Positions 26,438-27,537 of a stretch of DNA of 27,537 nt are shown here, piece by piece. Below the pieces are notes generated by a model, which saw nothing but the letters and a program-made list of their open reading frames with translations, was not told where the DNA came from and did not search any database. Every line of letters starts with the position of its first letter. Within the stretch, counting starts at the first letter, position 1. The stretch lies in the NCBI RefSeq assembly GCF_000373985.1, contig NZ_KB892957.1:56795-84331 (forward strand), read 5' to 3'. The position numbers and the translations under genes were made by a program. This DNA comes from Desulfobacter curvatus DSM 3379. Its GTDB lineage: Bacteria; Desulfobacterota; Desulfobacteria; Desulfobacterales; Desulfobacteraceae.

Positions 26438-26737
26438 TCACAATTTTTCGACCCGGTATCCGGACAGCAGAATCACTTTTATGGTCTCAACCGCCATTTT
26501 ACGGTCATATTCTTTTTCCGATTCCGGCAGATCGTTATAAGGAACAAGGTCCGGATGGGTTTTATGCGCATCATCCCGTTTAGAGCCGAACCGCCATCCT
26601 TCACGCATGCGCTGTTCAGCCCAGGTGTCATGATTGTTTTCCGCCAGCATCTCCACCAGCGTGTTTAAATCATCCGGCAGTTTTATTTTTGAGGTGTCAA
26701 CGGGTTTAGGGGTATACATTGTTTTTCCTTTTGGCAT
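26438..26737 (-). CDS. Stand-alone RyR (ryanodine-receptor repeat, PF02026-like) domain protein
   Basis: 99 aa. LAENNHDTWAEQRMREGWRFGSKRDDAHKTHPDLVPYNDLPESEKEYDRKMAVETIKVILLSGYRV matches the bacterial RyR-domain pattern. The ATG at 26737 overlaps the upstream stop (TAATG). An alternative start at 26719 (M7) has a better SD (AAGGAA 6 nt upstream). Confidence 0.8.
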   Translation of the reverse strand: MPKGKTMYTPKPVDTSKIKLPDDLNTLVEMLAENNHDTWAEQRMREGWRFGSKRDDAHKTHPDLVPYNDLPESEKEYDRKMAVETIKVILLSGYRVEKL

Positions 26738-26964
26738 TAAGATGTGGTTAGGGCAGCTTCCTTGATTTTAACGGCAACCTTTTTTAAAACGCCGTCAATT
26801 TCATGATCTTCCAGAGCCGATAACGGTGTTGAGGGATTGTGGGCTGCCTGGAAATTTTTGATGCCTGTTTCCTCATATAATGCATGGGACAGATACACCC
26901 AGAGCACCAATTCCTGGTCCGCCTCCCTCAGGTAAGGTTTCATCATGGTGACCAGCCGCTCCAT
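26737..26964 (-). CDS. Small hypothetical protein translationally coupled to the RyR-domain gene
   Basis: 75 aa (MERLVTMMKPYLREADQELVLWVYLSHALYEE...) with a helical-looking composition. No convincing SD at 26964; in-frame ATGs at codons 7-8 are alternative starts. I recognise no family. Confidence 0.5.
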   Translation of the reverse strand: MERLVTMMKPYLREADQELVLWVYLSHALYEETGIKNFQAAHNPSTPLSALEDHEIDGVLKKVAVKIKEAALTTS

Positions 26965-27303
26965 TCATGGGGTGTCTTTGTGGCTGTAACTCAAAAAGAT
27001 AAGGAAAACAATGGCGTTTTTTAGCTTGTTGTTCCTGACTTCTTTCAGCGGTATTTTTTTACCTGGCATATTCCTTATCCTTTGTTTGAATTAGAATCAA
27101 GGCCGGGTGAAGGTCCAGTCAACTTACTTTTCGTTCGTTTTTTTCTTTCTTCCATGGTGGTCAATGGGAACAGATCGGGAAAATGTCGCGTCGATCTTTG
27201 ACCACTATATAAAAAAAAATTCCAATACTCAACTGCCGGGATTTGGGAGGCTAAAAAGTTATAGACTGAAAGGTTCTCTGGGAATCGGAACGCGGTTTTA
27301 TAC

Positions 27304-27350
27304 AAAAAAGGGGAATGAACGCCACTGAGATTCGATGACTCTCTTGCCCC
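27304..27350 (-). terminator. Candidate intrinsic terminator after the truncated right-edge ORF
   Basis: Minus strand reads GGGGCAAGAGAGTC...GGCGTTCATTCCCC followed by TTTTTTG, starting 10 nt after the stop. The stem is imperfect (several mismatches and wobbles). Confidence 0.35.
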
Positions 27351-27360
27351 ATGGTTAAAA

Positions 27361-27537
27361 TTACGTAGCACACATTGTTCTGCGATAGATGGACTCAAGC
27401 AGTTCCGGGGATACGGGCTTGTTTAGTGCAGCGGCCGCGGCCCGGACCTGGGGCAGTAATCTTTGGGCGGCATCGGCATCAATATTAATATTGCGGTGGG
27501 CCAGGGCATGTTTTATGGCGGCCGAGCCGGAGTGCAC
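27361..27537 (-). CDS. Partial CDS (3' end only, enters from the right edge); unknown product
   Basis: Absent from the ORF track. The frame is open from 27537 to TAA (27363-27361): ..VHSGSAAIKHALAHRNININADAAQRLLPQVRAAAAALNKPVSPELLESIYRRTMCAT*. GC-rich, protein-like composition contrasts with the adjacent non-coding DNA. Family not recognised. Confidence 0.45.
   Translation of the reverse strand: MHSGSAAIKHALAHRNINIDADAAQRLLPQVRAAAAALNKPVSPELLESIYRRTMCAT

Noticed and set aside
27075-27398. 107-aa minus-strand ORF, with the overlapping 73-aa plus-strand ORF at 27107-27328
   Set aside because: It uses a TTG start inside the preceding gene's 3' end and has no SD. It spans a terminator-like hairpin and poly-A/T tracts, and its composition is odd. 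I treat the region as non-coding.
1-27537. Window-wide look for CRISPR arrays, tRNA/rRNA genes, prophage or defence-system gene sets
   Set aside because: I saw no spaced direct-repeat arrays and no cloverleaf-like or rRNA-like segments. I also saw no nuclease/helicase/methylase clusters. The only mobile-element hint is the truncated ORF at the left edge.

Overview
The window looks like ordinary chromosome from a sulfate-reducer-like deltaproteobacterium (Desulfobacterales-type). That placement is inferred only from protein appearance and gene content. About 24 convincing protein genes are present. I found no rRNA, tRNA or CRISPR array by eye.

Layout, left to right:
1. 1-162: a truncated transposase-like ORF on the left edge, followed by an EEP-family nuclease/phosphatase.
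2. 1328-5668, minus strand: CHASE4 sensor kinase, NarL/LuxR response regulator, di-heme cytochrome c peroxidase/MauG-family protein, and a small secreted protein.
3. 5883-7791: an orphan ParM/StbA-type actin-like ATPase, apparently co-transcribed with larB.
4. 7796-11502: a membrane hybrid kinase (HisKA, HATPase, degenerate receiver, REC, Hpt) translationally coupled to a REC-TPR regulator.
5. 11655-17440: an ilvD-ilvB-ilvN-cimA operon. It is preceded by a 28-codon Ile/Val/Leu-rich leader peptide with a terminator/antiterminator pair, the classic attenuation architecture.
6. 17467-23826: lepA, a REC-GGDEF cyclase, nadC and valS.
7. 23946-27537: an acidic orphan protein with its own promoter and terminator, a cytoplasmic GH13 amylase, a small-ORF plus RyR-domain two-gene cassette, about 400 bp of structured non-coding DNA, and a truncated ORF on the right edge.

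The best-supported unusual signal is the ilv leader/attenuator. The most open-ended ones are the actin-like/LarB pair, the MauG-family enzyme with its WW-containing secreted neighbour, and the RyR cassette. I could not demonstrate a clear-cut novel multi-gene system. All functional calls rest on motif recognition by eye, without database searches.
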